Origin: Tubiluchus corallicola
Lineage: Eukaryota; Animalia; Priapulida
Direction of reading: 5' to 3'
NCBI GenBank assembly: GCA_030141605.1
Contig: JAQGDQ010000121.1
Span: 248,001-312,000, forward strand
DNA: 64,000 bases
The notes under the pieces were generated by a model. It had not been told where the DNA came from, did not search any database, and saw only the letters and a program-made list of their open reading frames with translations. The position numbers and the translations under genes were made by a program. The number at the start of each line of letters is the position of its first letter. Position 1 is the first letter of the stretch. Positions 1 to 13,050 of the stretch are shown piece by piece.

Positions 1-3000
1 ATATTTGCAACTTAAATACCATACATCGGACACACACAAGTTCGACGGTGGCTAAATACATCAACTTAAAGTCGCGAAAAAGATTACGCTGAAACAACCG
101 CAGTTCAATAAGCATGTCACACACCCGACATTAACTCTGCTATGTTTGAGTGGCCAGAGTTGATCATTTGTGAATGATGAGGCTGGCGAATATTGTATGT
201 TTTACGCACGTTATTTAAACTTCAAAAACGTTCTTTTTAGAACTGGAACTATTACGACACTCTTATTAGCATATACTTGCTTAAAACGTGTGTACCTACT
301 GCATTCGATAAAGTGAGAAAAAACTACCAAGCGAAAGCATTCCAGAAACCTGCAATTTTTGCCACGGTTCCCTAGGCGACGGCAAAATTGAAATAAATCA
401 GCAAAACCGCCCTGAAATATGGGAAGTCAAAGAGGTCTTTGGGATAGGCGGAGCCGTTGATGATTATGAGTGATTCGAGATGTAATTATGGGCGGAGTAC
501 CCCTGTCAGAGTTAATGTGAACAATACTTGCTAACTCTCTGCGTTTTGTTACTATGGCTACGCTGCCTTTTGTCGGTTTTGTTCAAAGCTTGTTTTTTTT
601 AGAAATGACATGAATAAATGTATGCATGCCTCGCTGAGCTGTCATTAGTATATGTATCGTACAGGTGAGCTACGTACGTTAACATTTTCAGACGATAAAC
701 GCAGCTCGTCGTCGTCTTCGTTATCACCATCACATCCATCACCACCATCATCATGAACTTCATTATTAATTACCCATCTAAAGATAAGGTTTTGGTGACC
801 TGTGTTCTCGATATCCTTGTGCAACGGTGCAAGGTTGGTAACGGCTGGGAAGCCGCTACCGTTGTCACTGCTAAAAGCAGCGAGGAAACTTTTATAAAAC
901 TATTGTCAGAGGAATTGTCCAAGAGCGAGAATTGTCTAAGATATTTAACAGTGTCTTTTTTATAAATGTCATCTGTAAAAGTACAGAACTTCTAAAAGGC
1001 TTGGAAAAAAATCACATTTATGTCATCGCCTGTCATGATGTTTTTTGCAAAGCAACACGCCAAAAGTTCAATACAGGAATATTAAACGCGAGATAAGAAA
1101 AAGAAGAACAAAAGTTATGAGGATAACAGAATGATGGTGAAGAGATGACAGCAAGAATGCCAACCAATACTGACAGTACATACCAGCAGAGACGAAACGG
1201 TGACAATGGTAGCAATAATAGCTACAATTACGACGAATGCGATTAAAAATACAACAGAGATAATGATGGTAATGAGACAATCGTGAATTAAAGCAGCTTT
1301 TGACGCTTATAAAAGCTGAAAGCAATTTTTCCGTCTCTGGTTTTGCACTTCTAAATTACGTTACAGTAAAGAATTTGGAAGCTATATTATTCTCACCTAT
1401 GTATTTATTTAGTGACTATCCTTGTACAGCTACTATAGGACCACGTGACATTGGCCGTTGACGGCACCTTTAGAAAGAAAAACAATTAAGAAAATAAATG
1501 TGCTCCAAGCTCATTAGCAATTAGACCTGCTGATTATAATGAACAACTGCGATTAAAGCTGCCAAGTTGCACTTTACCAAATGAAAACTTATTGCAAAGG
1601 CGGTCACATTAACTCCCTCGTGAAAAATGAAAACGTCGAATTGTGTCTTTGTGTTTCACGGCTTTTTGGTCAATTTACAGTACAGACCACTGGTCATTAA
1701 AACGTTACACGTTCCGTCTAGTTAAAAGAACTTTTGCTAACTTGGTTTTATCAGTACGGTGAGTGGTTACACAATTTAGGGGGGGGGGGGTAATTGTACA
1801 CACAAAATAGTAGCAATAGCGACAAAACGCGCTAAAATCAAATTAAAAAATCTGTGGATGCTTGGTTAGACTTCTGTGACTTTCAGAATTCACAAAAAGC
1901 TTTATCAGTCAAATAGCCTGTCTCTATGTGCCTCTAAAGTTGCCTGAGTGAAATAAAGGTTGCTAAGAACGTTTTAACACCCGAAATCTTGTAAGACAAG
2001 ATTAAAATTACTCAGGAAGAATAAAAACACAAGAACTACAGTCCGACTGAGACACCACTTAAATGCCAGACAAGTCCAGGTCAAACTTAATTTTAAAACG
2101 AACAAGCGTTTAAACAAAACGAAGTGCGACACTGTTCCCTCCTGCAGTTTGAATTATCACATTTTATATGGGAATTATGGATATTTTAAGTTGACTGATG
2201 CGCTACAAGCTTCTTGTGCCAAGTTGGCCAACTGACGAATGAACAAACATGCAGAAAGAATATACTCATAATTACAATGAAAATAGTTGTTTATTTTAGC
2301 AATTTTGTGTTTTACGTGGGTACAACACAGTCACCCGTCAAGCAACCAAATAAGCGCCATAACAAAGTACGCCCATCTATACCCAAGAAAAAGAAAGTAT
2401 TGCAGTCTACTATTCTTTGAATTTTTACTTCAATATCACAGATACACCCAGGCTCTTGGGAGTAACCGTGTGATAGTTTCGCGCACGCAATCAGAAGCCT
2501 GGGTTCTTGAGATGCTCTTACAAGGAAATAATCTTTTGGATAGCTCTATAAGATGCTTTAATCAAGCCAAGAAGATGTGCTATAAATCCGAGAGGAAGCA
2601 ATAATGCGGTTTAGAAAGGAACAACTTGTCTTTTCTCTTGAAACAAGAAACATTAAACTGCTTTTACAGCTAAAACTTGAAATAAGCTCTCTGCTGGAAT
2701 CTTTTATATGCCTTCGTGATGTAGGTTTTGAGAGAGTTTTCAGGAAATTAAATGGAAATAATAAATTATTCCATGTCCATGCTTCGTACATCCATTTTTC
2801 GGTTTTAAGCTCCCTCACCTTACAGTCTGTATGTATACGTAGTAAAGGCCAAGCTAAGTGTTATATAACTTGCTGTCTTACAGATTTGATTATTTTCTTG
2901 CTTGAAATAACTTCTAATTTGTTTTGGACCGACCCACTTCAGAGACCATTAGACTAACGGCCTTTTAAGGTTAGTGACAATAAGGTACGAACATGAAATA

Positions 3001-4233
3001 GCTAAACGGCGAAGGGTCAACTTTGTGGCACCTTCTTGTTTCGTCAAGAAGTGTCGTTGTTTTTACTATAGAAAATCGAGAACTTGGTTTACCATCGTAA
3101 CCTGGGAAACTCATTACAAAATACTGGAATAACTAGATACACATGGATAGCAGGATCCGATATATTCAATTGACACGTTTAACGCTAGCTTATTACACTA
3201 GCATATCGTATTGATTAACTGCGTAATAAGAACTATTTTGCAAGAAGATGAGTGGGTTTTTTTATTTTGTTTATTGTGAATTAGCTAACTAGATAAGCAT
3301 AGGTGTATCAGCACGAGCCTAATTAGCAAGACCCAAGGCAATATACATGTTTTTCAACGCCTTAGCTGTGATTTACTGTTTGAGATGTTTTCTTATTATA
3401 ATGAGCTCGCGTTAATTATGCCTGGAAGCTTAAAGTGTCCACGGTGCGGCGTTCGGCCACTGGGCAAAGTGGTCTGCAAATGGTCAATTAGATCTAACTG
3501 TTTAATCCCTATTGTTAATCATGAGGACACCAGTGCTTTGTTATTGGAAAGCAGATGGTAAGAGAGCTTGCAGCTGACCAGTCTAGTGGCCAATCTCTAT
3601 TCGCTGAGTGTCTAACTCCACGCATGATTTATATTGTTGATTTAATTATGTACCTAATTATTCAAATTATTCACACAGTAATTCTTCAAAAATAATTGCA
3701 AATTAGGGAAGTGTTTACTTTTGTAACGGCCGACTGCCAATATGTAGACAATATATGGAATAATGAAGATCGGCTAGAGTTAACTTAATATATTGTTCAG
3801 TTCGATACAACTTATTAATACCCTGTAAATTGTTGGTAAAGAATTGATTTAGTTATTGTTCCATAGATAAGTCGACTAGACAAAGGTTGACCAAAATGGC
3901 TCTTCGTCATTTTTAAACTTTTGGGCTATCTAAAAAGGATTGAGCCACTTTGAGGTCACAAAAAGTAGGAAACAGACTAACCGACAAAGAGAGCGTCAAG
4001 AGACCCTGATAGAACGACCCCTCAACTGACATTTTTTGAATCAAACATGTTTGAAAGACAGGAAATGTGCAAAATTTGGGACACAACCGGGAATACGAAC
4101 CTTCTGCTCACCCTGCAGACAGCAGGCGGCGGACTATAATGTATCCAGCGGTTATATAACAGGACAGACAGGTAGGTCTTAATTAATCCTTATGGCTGGC
4201 CAATGATTAACATGACCTGTCATAGTCGTTGGA

Positions 4234-4295
4234 GTTGCCGTAGTCTAGCGGTTATGGCATCTACCGTCTAAGCGGAAGGTCCCAGGTTCAAATCC
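4234..4295 (+). pseudogene. tRNA pseudogene or tRNA-derived SINE head
   Basis: A-box TAGTCTAGCGG and B-box GGTTCAAATCC at tRNA spacing. The anticodon stem is mismatched (loop CGTCTAA, TCT at the anticodon position) and the 3' acceptor strand is missing. Confidence 0.65.
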
Positions 4296-4975
4296 ATATA
4301 ATAATTTTTCATTACAGCTGTTCTACCAAATTCGATTCGGTTATTTTTAGAACAAGGATGCCGTATTTAGCTCCTATGTGTAGGATGAAGACTTGCAAAT
4401 TTGTGACATACAAGGCTGCTGTTCTATATTTTCTCTTAAAACAAAGTAATTTATGTTGTCACTCAAATAAAAAGACACTAATTGTTGCGTGCTACATATA
4501 CCAGCCTAACGTTTTATTATAATTGTAAGAGCAATAAAGCCTAGATCTGCAACCCATGGGCTTTGCTGGGATGACAAACGGCGCAATAACATAATTCTCT
4601 AGAAGCAAAGCGCAAAAATGGGATTCTATTGGGGAAACGCGCATGTAAAGATCATAATTAGGCTTTTATCCAGGCAGTTAGAGCAGTCAACGATCAATTA
4701 TTTATCGTGGCCAAGGAAAACCGCTTTCCACGTGTTTTCACAAGCAATCCTTCAAAACTGAGCGGCTATTTTTCTTATCTGGAAAATTTTCCCTCGAGTT
4801 TTCAGACCAGGTTTTACGAAAAAGAGCAGCAAGAGAAATAAAATCAAGAGATTATTATTGCGGACTTGAGTGTTTATGTGAATGTGAAAAAGAAAGACTT
4901 CCGAATTTAAAACAACCAGAGCAATGCGAGAAAATATGTTAAACAGTAAAACTGAGATTACGCCAAGATAATTGG

Positions 4976-5169
<194 letters not shown>

Positions 5170-5184
5170 AGAGAGAGGAAAGAG

Positions 5185-5331
5185 AGAGAAGGTGAAGAAA
5201 GGAAAGTAAGCAATTTTGATATATTGAGATTCACTCCATGTTTACCATTAGTAGATAGGGAACAGCAGTAACACCACCATGCATTTCCAGAGAATAAAAA
5301 AAGAAAGGGGATGATACTATTAAACAGAGTG
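5185..5331 (+). pseudogene. Inverted duplicated fragment of the Tec kinase gene (3' end of intron 1 plus 5' part of coding exon 2), frameshifted
   Basis: Closely matches the reverse complement of about 50866-51012 (GGTGAAGAAAGGAAAGT..TTTACCATTAGTAGATAGG..AACACCACCATGC..CAG|AGAATA..AGAAAGGGGATGATACTA..AAACAGAGTG). It has a 1-nt deletion in the exon part and breaks off mid-exon. Confidence 0.88.
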
Positions 5332-8300
5332 GTATACTACTACTACTCTCTTCCTCTTTTCTGTCTCAATGTCTTTTTTTGTTTCTCGTTCCCTTCCTCT
5401 ACCATTCATGTAGACTGGTACCCTAGTGACTATAATAATATAATGGAAACATAAGTGGTGTTTCTTTCTTGCTTTACACAATTACAGCGGTTCCCTTGCT
5501 AGTTTCACATTAATGAACCACACAATAGAGCAAACGAGTTGAGGTCGTCTTTTTCATAATTCGCATAGTCTATGCCCAGAGGGTCAATTATTGTGACTCA
5601 CAACAAGTAAAGCTCTTCACTGAAGATTTCCTATGTACTTTGCAAAATTGTCATAATCAGCGAATTACTCCTAGGCTCCAGGAAGACTGGAGGAATATAC
5701 TAGTGACGTCAGTGGCTCTAAAAAATGGCAAAACTGGGAGTGCCATATAACATAAGACTAAATGACATTACGCGAATCGAATTCACATGGTGAAGAGAAA
5801 AGCTTAGTTGCCAGGGTGCGTGCTTGGCTACGATAGTTAAACAGCGCCAAATCAATGAGCAAAGTGGCGATTGTTGGAAAAAATGCTGCTGCCGATTTCA
5901 TCTCTGGCACTATTTTTCTCATTGAATAATCTAAATATGTCGGACACAGTGTCTCATCTCAGAAAATTATTCTTGATAATAGGATTCCGCTTCCGCCACA
6001 AGCGTTCAACAGTTCAGGTGCGATGGTGTTTCTGGATGCCGGTTTGCACTGTGGCAACTGAATAAAAAATTTACAACAATTTATGTATTTAGACATTTAA
6101 ACAACATTTCCAGAATGTGGCACTGAAACACCAATTTTCTAAACCTCCATGGCAAAAACCGCAACTTGTACCTCAAAGTGGGACGAAACAGAAATCTGTT
6201 TTTTAAAAGGTATTCTTAAGCTTAACTATGCGTAGTTATGTTATGACTATTGGCTATACTTACTCAAAATAGCAGAACATCAAACAAAAGGTGCTACTAT
6301 ACACGTTAGGAGAAAGAGCACTCGGTTCTTGAGGAGAAACGAGTGTAAAGACGAACTGCAGCAAAATTAACGAACTCAAAGTTGATAAATACTGATATAT
6401 TTGCATAGTGGAATTTATATTAAGGTCCAATGTTTGCATTGTGCCTTGAAACACAATCACGGAAGCGACATGAATCACTTGAACTGGTGCAAATTTATGA
6501 AACAGTTGATGACTAAGCTGATCTGATGAAGAAATTTGTGTGTGGGCAAGACATTTACAGCAAACCGTGATAATAGAGGCACAATGACAGCTTAATTACT
6601 GGTAACGTTTTAGATTAATCTTTTGCTAGTGTGTAACGATGGTTGTTGTCAGCTTGCATGGTTTCGGTAGGGTGGTTTTGAGAACATGACTTCAAGGCGA
6701 AACCTTCAGAGTAGGATACTGAGCATGAGTTTGAGCGACATCAAATGAACGAGTCTATGTGATACATTTTCCCCTTATAAAATTTGGGCTTTGGTCTTTG
6801 GGAATGGTTTTTTTGCCAAAAATCTCAAACATCTTCGTCTCTCACTCTAACCCTAATCAATCACAGTTGCTGAAAAACGCTCCAAAATTGTTTTCTAGAT
6901 AATTCCTTTTTGTATTGTTTATGGCTTCAATGTTGGGTGTGAATTTAACTTAGTACCGCAGCTGTAGTGTTTTTAATACAAATTTTTGGGGCAGGAAAAT
7001 TTCTGATACCATACGGTGTTACGATACAGCTCTCACGACGTCTTTTACTTTTAACATAAAACTATCTAAACTTGTAATAATATTGTTTAAATTAAGTGAA
7101 AAAGTTTTTCGAGGCCCGTGGGCGCTTCCTCTTCGTAAATTTTGCAAGAGCAATAGCTCAAGGTTGACATTGAATCTGGCATATTTTGATACATATCGTC
7201 TCGTTGAAGCTGAGTATTACAGCTTGAATATACAAATTTTCGAAAGTGTTCGTCAAAAAAAAGCTAGAGATAAGTTATAAGTTAGAATTATAAAAAACGT
7301 TCAAATACAAAAATATCTACTTCTTTTCGCCACAAGTTAGATAATCGAGTTGAGCACCGAGTGTGATAAATTCTGAATAATTTACACGAGAAATTAAAAG
7401 CAAAACGCTTATGTAAAAAATATTTTCAAGACGAAGTGTGAGCCATTCAGCCTCCAGTATTCACACTAAGGAAACGTTTATTATAGGCTAGTGTCACAAC
7501 ATTATTTATTATATAGCATCATAATATTATTTATTATATAACAGATTATTTATTGCTGTTCTGTAATGTGCTGTCAACACACTGTTTTTGTTACGTTATT
7601 ACATTCCAGCACGCGTACTGGCAAAATCCTGCATTTGTGAGTTTACGACACGTAATGACATGTAATTAAGACACTATAAAGTGCTATTTTATTGCCTAAA
7701 GATGTGAATGAAGTAACGCATTGTTTAGTAGTTCCGGAGGCATGGTTTCATATTACCTACTTCACCATAGGTATTGGTACTTTCAACTAGAATACTATCG
7801 TCTTTCCATATTCTGTGGTTGCCCATGTTCAGTATGAATATCTGTTAGATCGGCCGCCTATCCAGTGATTTGTGTCTGCTAAAAGCATTGTCAAACAGGT
7901 ATTCCAAATGTACATTTTTCTGTTCGTTTATTTATCCATACCCCAACTAGATTCATTTAGCTACTCCCAGGTGACCACACATTGCAGATTTTCGAACCAA
8001 TCTAATACTAAGCAACCAACAGGATAACTCTTTGTCCCGGTGGTCAGCATAAGGCGTTCCTTTATTTTCGCCGCACCATCACAGCACATAATGCGGCTTA
8101 TTAAATTCTGCGTGTGTGTGCTTTTCTTGGCGCTTTCTTGTTGTTAAAGGTTGTTGCGACCCCACGCTGCTCTTAGCCTGTAATTTACTCACGTTCAAAA
8201 CTAATCCTTAAATTGAATATTTGAGGTAAAGCTTGTACAAAGAGTTCTAGAATCTAAAATCAGCAAGACTGAACAGAGTACAAATAGGTGCGAAAGGCGC

Positions 8301-8404
8301 CATCAAAATTGAAAACTAATAGAATAAAATAGAATATGTAGAATAGAACGAAGCGAAGTAGAGTGGAATGGAATAGTGAAGAGTAGACCCTGAGGATGAA
8401 GGAT

Positions 8405-8568
8405 AATATGATATGACATGACATGATATGATATGATATGGTATGATGTGATGTGATGTGATATGATATGACATGACATAATATAACATGACATGACATG
8501 ACATGACATGACATGACATAACGTAACGTAACGTAACGTAACGTAACGTAACATAACATAACATAATA
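8405..8568. repeat. Compound pentanucleotide microsatellite
   Basis: Successive blocks of ATATG, ATGTG, ACATG, ACGTA and ACATA. Confidence 0.93.
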
Positions 8569-11099
8569 TAGTTTAACAGAGTACAATAGGTGTTAAACAG
8601 TACAGCAAAGGACAGCATAGTATAAAATAAAACAATCTGTAATGGCGCGTAGACAACCTGTAATAACGTACGTTGTCCATGCCAGCAGATGCCACTACTC
8701 ACGCACGTTACGCACAATAAATGCCGTCTCTATTGTTACACTCAATTAATTATATTCGCTTGTAGTTCTTTTAATCATATGCAGGAAAATTACGTAATAA
8801 TTGTTAAGCTGATTGAATTTGTTTGAACGACGGGCATTCGCACGATATTCCAAGCCGCAGAGACGTTTCTTTAAAAGAAAAATCGAATAAAACGTTCAAC
8901 GTTAAATTGAGTTTTATTATTATCTTGAAATTGAAAGCAGAATCTCGCTCGGCCGATTACAGCCTTGCATTTCATCTCTTTGCAAGACAAAATCATTCAT
9001 GCGCAGTATTAGCATCGCATTTAATTATTAATCGCCATTTTAAATTTGTTATCGCTAACCATTCGTTTGAATACTGACATTGGTGATGCACTCTTTAAAC
9101 AAGTGAGCAGTCATCATAATTGCCACTAATGTTCAACATAATTATAATTATAAATAATTGTCATTAACTGAAGGTGAAACGTTTCACTCGTTTAAAATGA
9201 TCTTCCGTATTCTTCCTCTTTCAACTCTCTCTCCATCTCTCTCTCTCTTCCTCTCTCCCCCTCTCTCTCTCTCCCTCTTTCTCCCTTTCTCTCTCCCTCT
9301 CTTTCTCTCTATCTGCTGTGTAACTGTGTCTATCCGTCTGACTGACTGCTAACCTACCTATCTAATCATAATTCTGCGCTTCTTTTACATTTACAAAAAC
9401 TACCCATTTTTGCATAATTATATATAACTTACCTAGATGACACGTGCTGTACGCAGGGTGACATGTTAATTGCAGCTTGCTAAATAAAAATGTTTAAAAG
9501 AAAATCGCCGTTAATTTATCATAATCAGCAGTCATTACGTTGGGTACTACACCTATACTTTTTTGTAGGAGAGAAATTAATCTGGACGAAACAAACACAG
9601 CTTGCTATTATATGTGTCAGTTGTGCGTGAATGCGTGAATGCCAGACTTTATGCCTGCCATTTTTTATGCCAGACTTTCTCTTTCATGTTTCAGCAAAAA
9701 AAGTTTATATATTCGATGATTAACAAAGTAATTTTAGAGGAAGCCTGTCCAAAGTTTGTTAAGTGTAGGTTTTAAATTGATGAAAGTGAAATGATATACT
9801 TATAACAAATACAAGAAATGTCATTGATAATATAAATGTGCTATATATATATAATTTATAATATAATATAAATAACCCCAGTTTTAGTTTCAGATAACCA
9901 ATTTTTCCTATGACATATCCTAGAGAATAGAAGCAGCTACATGTAAACACTGTGTCGAGGTCATTTAAAAATTTAAATTAAATTGGATTTGAGCTCAATA
10001 ACGAAAAAAACTGTGTTGCTTAATTTTAGGGCGAAGTAACTGAAGTTACACATTGAAAATCACTTAGCAGAAATCATGCGGCCATTTAATACCGAACTAT
10101 AACCCCGTGGTCAATAACAGTCTTCCATCCTGGGTCCTATAATTATAGTATTTTACGCGAGGTTGAAGCACAATAAGTTTATTGTACGATTGAGCTAGGG
10201 CAAATTGTAAATGCTATAATCTAAGGGTCATAAATATGTGAACCTGGATAAAAAAATTGCAGTTTCGCATTACAGTCTCACTTTTGCAGAAAAAAGCTGG
10301 CGTTGCACAGTTTGGTTTGGTTTGACTTAAGGTGGGTGTGGTACGTCTTCTATACAGCTTTCAACGGCAAAGCTTACTACTAATGTTGACTGGTTGTGGA
10401 AGGACCGGTCGTAAATTATTATTAAAAATCAACGAGCTTAATTCCTTGTCTTAGCTTAATGGCATTAAACAGCTACGATTCTTTCGAATCCAAAGTATTT
10501 ACTTTTAAATAAGCGCAGTCCCGTTTGCAAAAATTTCTAGCAGTTATAGGGTTATTAGCCAAATTTTTTGTTGGTAAGACTGAATACGCCGAGTTTCGTT
10601 TTTGATGGCCACTAGAGTATGAGTTCATAGGTCTGAGTGGTCCTTAGCTGCTTCTGCAAAGAGTTCGTTATATCCGTCAAACTGGATCAACAAAAAAATC
10701 AGTTATCCGTAAAAACGATCCACTCGTGAAGCACGAAGAAACGAATTGCCAACAAAAGCAGTCTCAACAAAAATAAGCGAGAAACTGCCAGTCTATGTGA
10801 AAATTACTTATGTTTTTTATTCATTTCAATTTATTGCGGCCAACGTAATTGCTCTGCAACTTAAACTTCATTTGTTCTACATTTCCCAGAGCTGAAATGA
10901 ACACGTTTAGATAATAAATGCTTAAAACCAATGCTGAATTATGTGACAATAAAATGCGATGATCGTTTAACTTAAGCACCGCTTTGCGTGCCTTTTGCCC
11001 TAAACAAAGCCAAAGAACCGAAATTTCTCCTTGTAATAATATTTACTCTATCAATATTATTTGCCTTTTGTTTCTTTCCTTATAGGCTATTTTGTGCCT

Positions 11100-11773
11100 T
11101 TTTACTACGTTCTGCGTGGAAAAAGGATTTTTTTGCATAATTTTTTTTGCAAATAAAGCCTCACTGATTTAAATAATTATAATTTTGAAATTTTAATTTT
11201 TTTTTGCATGCTATATTGTTAAAATATACACTATGTTGATTTGAATAACTATAAATAAAAGTTGATGAAATCACTAGTCAGCAACTTTATTGCTTTATAT
11301 AATATTAGATATTAAAATTGCATGAAGAAAATTTTGAGTTTCTAGCATAAAATTTTGGCATTTAAAATAATTCTGTGGCTTGGTTCTTTTTTTTTTATTA
11401 CAATTACGTTTTCATTTGCTTTTTTTATGTTGATGTTATTTTTATTTGTTATGATTTTGTTTTGCTTGAAATTCGTTTTAGTTAAGTTTTGTTAAGTATG
11501 CAACTGTTGTGCCTTTTTTCATTTTGTTTTCTTTATAAATAAGCATGGTAGCATTAGCCACCGTAACATGGGATGACAGCAGCGATGACCGTATGGTCTC
11601 TCTGTCATTCCGTCTCACAATTCATATTTGAAAGTTTCTGCTACTTGTTTTGTTATACCTAAAGTGACAATGAACTGTTCTATTCTATTCTATTCTATTC
11701 TATTCTATTCTATTCTATTCTATTCTATTCTATTCTATTCTATTCTATTCTATTCTATTCTATTCTATTCTAT
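11100..11773 (+). mobile_element. Probable LINE 3'UTR remnant ending in a (TATTC)n tail
   Basis: Long T-rich tract, a short GC-richer hairpin-like segment (GATGACAG..CTGTCATT), then about 19 TATTC units. No coding part recognised. Confidence 0.4.
11677..11773. repeat. (TATTC)n microsatellite
   Basis: Perfect pentamer array. Confidence 0.96.
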
Positions 11774-12683
11774 TGTAACATTTCACTCTTGATGTGGAGT
11801 TTAGCGGATTACTCTATAGCACTACGAAATAAGCAGATTCGTGATAAAACTGTATGTACATGCATCAATCTTAAGTATCCTACAAGCACTTCAACCAATC
11901 AATTCCAAACTCCAAGATACTTTTAAAAAGAGGCAAACTCTCGCATTGTTGTCCCAGTTGCTTTATAGAGAACGCTCGACTACTAATCAATAGAATGTCT
12001 GATAAACAATTTAACGATGTTTGCAGAAATATTAATTTTATTCCCATAGGAATTCCCGTAACTATAAAAGAACACTGTGTTGAGAAATATTTAGCTAGCA
12101 AGTCTTTGGAGACCCTACCGCCTTTTATTTATAAATTAAATTTCATCTTAAAACATTGTAAACTTAAGGCAGAAGCTCCACCTTGCACATGGTTTACTGA
12201 AGATTCTTTTTTATCCAAGTTGAAGAAGTATAAATTTTCTAAACATTGGTGTCCAAAATTAATGACAAGGTATGTCTGCGTGCTTCACGCCTAATGAATT
12301 GATAATATTGAAAAATATTGATGTTATTTTCTGATATGAAATCATAATATTAACATTCGGCTTTAGCTATGATGTTGTTCGCAATAAATGAGAATTTCGC
12401 ATATGTTCTGTTTCACAAAATAATAACTTATCGATCGATTGCCTATTTGTTTGCTTTTTAGTGCTTGCTTGCTTATTTATTTGTTTGCTTGCCTGTCCGA
12501 GTGTCATTATCCTTGGCTTAGGTGGATACTTGCTTTCTGCTTGCTCACTTGTTTGATTGATTAAGTTGATCGACTGGCTGGCATTACTCGGCTAACTAAT
12601 CAATTGTTTGATTTGTTGGTCGGTCGATCAGTTAGTTGTTTGATGAGTTAGTTGAGCAATTAGTCAATGGATGGGGGTTGGCT

Positions 12684-13050
<367 letters not shown>

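Noticed and set aside
753-975. Open frames on both strands with a possible minus-strand acceptor
   Set aside because: No recognisable protein or partner exon.
2214-2957. Overlapping ORFs with a coding-like look
   Set aside because: No recognisable motif, the frames break and no consistent splice model was found; possibly a decayed element, needs tBLASTx.
5900-6355. Possible minus-strand exon pair (6355-6264 and from about 6057)
   Set aside because: Splice sites look plausible but the joined frames stop quickly; unsupported without RNA data.
8260-8717. Cys/His/Tyr-rich ORFs that look metal-binding
   Set aside because: Artefacts of pentamer microsatellites.
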